Origin: Octopus sinensis
Lineage: Eukaryota
Length of the DNA: 64,000 bases
Reading direction: 5' to 3'
Assembly: GCF_006345805.1 (NCBI RefSeq)
Contig: NC_042999.1
Location: 123,690,001-123,754,000 of the forward strand
Of the stretch, positions 63,869 through 64,000 are shown one piece after another. Under the pieces are notes generated by a model, which was not told the origin of the DNA, searched no databases, and saw nothing but the letters and a program-made list of their open reading frames with translations. The position numbers and the translations under genes were made by a program. Within the stretch, counting starts at the first letter, position 1. Every line of letters begins with the position of its first letter.

Positions 63869-64000
63869 TGGAGGAAATCTAATTTTTGCGTTATTAGTAA
63901 GTTGATATATATTTTTGCTCTCGTACTATTATCTCTGTTATTATATACTGTTGGTCTACCTGTTTTTGTCTATTGTTGTCTAACGGACGAAGTCAGCCTT
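63869..64000 (+). mobile_element. Element B copy 5, 5' UTR only (runs off the window)
   Basis: TGGAGGAAATCTAATTTTTGCG... immediately follows the B4 terminus. Confidence 0.9.

Noticed and set aside
40354-64000. Direct telomere-elongation role, or insertion into U2/U1 snRNA, 5S, tRNA or spliced-leader genes as in known Tx1/NeSL families
   Set aside because: No TTAGGG and no recognisable RNA-gene sequence at any junction. Polarity relative to the unique flank is opposite to HeT-A. It remains only a hypothesis.

Overview
AT-rich, repeat-dense animal genomic DNA. The interspersed repeat families look cephalopod (Octopus-like); this is an inference from pattern recognition. Bases 1-40.35 kb hold no host gene I can support. 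They contain tRNA-headed SINE-like families, a (GAT)n-tailed repeat family, microsatellites, and decayed LINEs (L1/Tx1, R4/Dong, RTE, CR1-like). They also hold a mariner, Penelope-like remnants with hammerhead-ribozyme motifs, and a Helitron-like end. From 40,354 to the window end there is an uninterrupted + strand head-to-tail array of two young non-LTR retroelements, in the order A-A-B-B-(5'-truncated B)-B-B(start). B (~5.25 kb) is an autonomous L1/Tx1-clade LINE with a zinc-knuckle ORF1 and an APE-RT-Cys/His ORF2. A (~1.93 kb) encodes only a diverged ORF1 paralogue but carries B's ~48-nt 3' terminus. Every complete unit ends in GTGGGTAATAATAAAACA and abuts the next unit with 0-3 bases in between. 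The best candidate novel system is this apparently self-targeting, two-component array, architecturally analogous to Drosophila HeT-A/TART but built from L1/Tx1-clade parts. Most frameshifts in the array lie in homopolymer runs and may be sequencing errors. Coordinates of decayed repeats are approximate.
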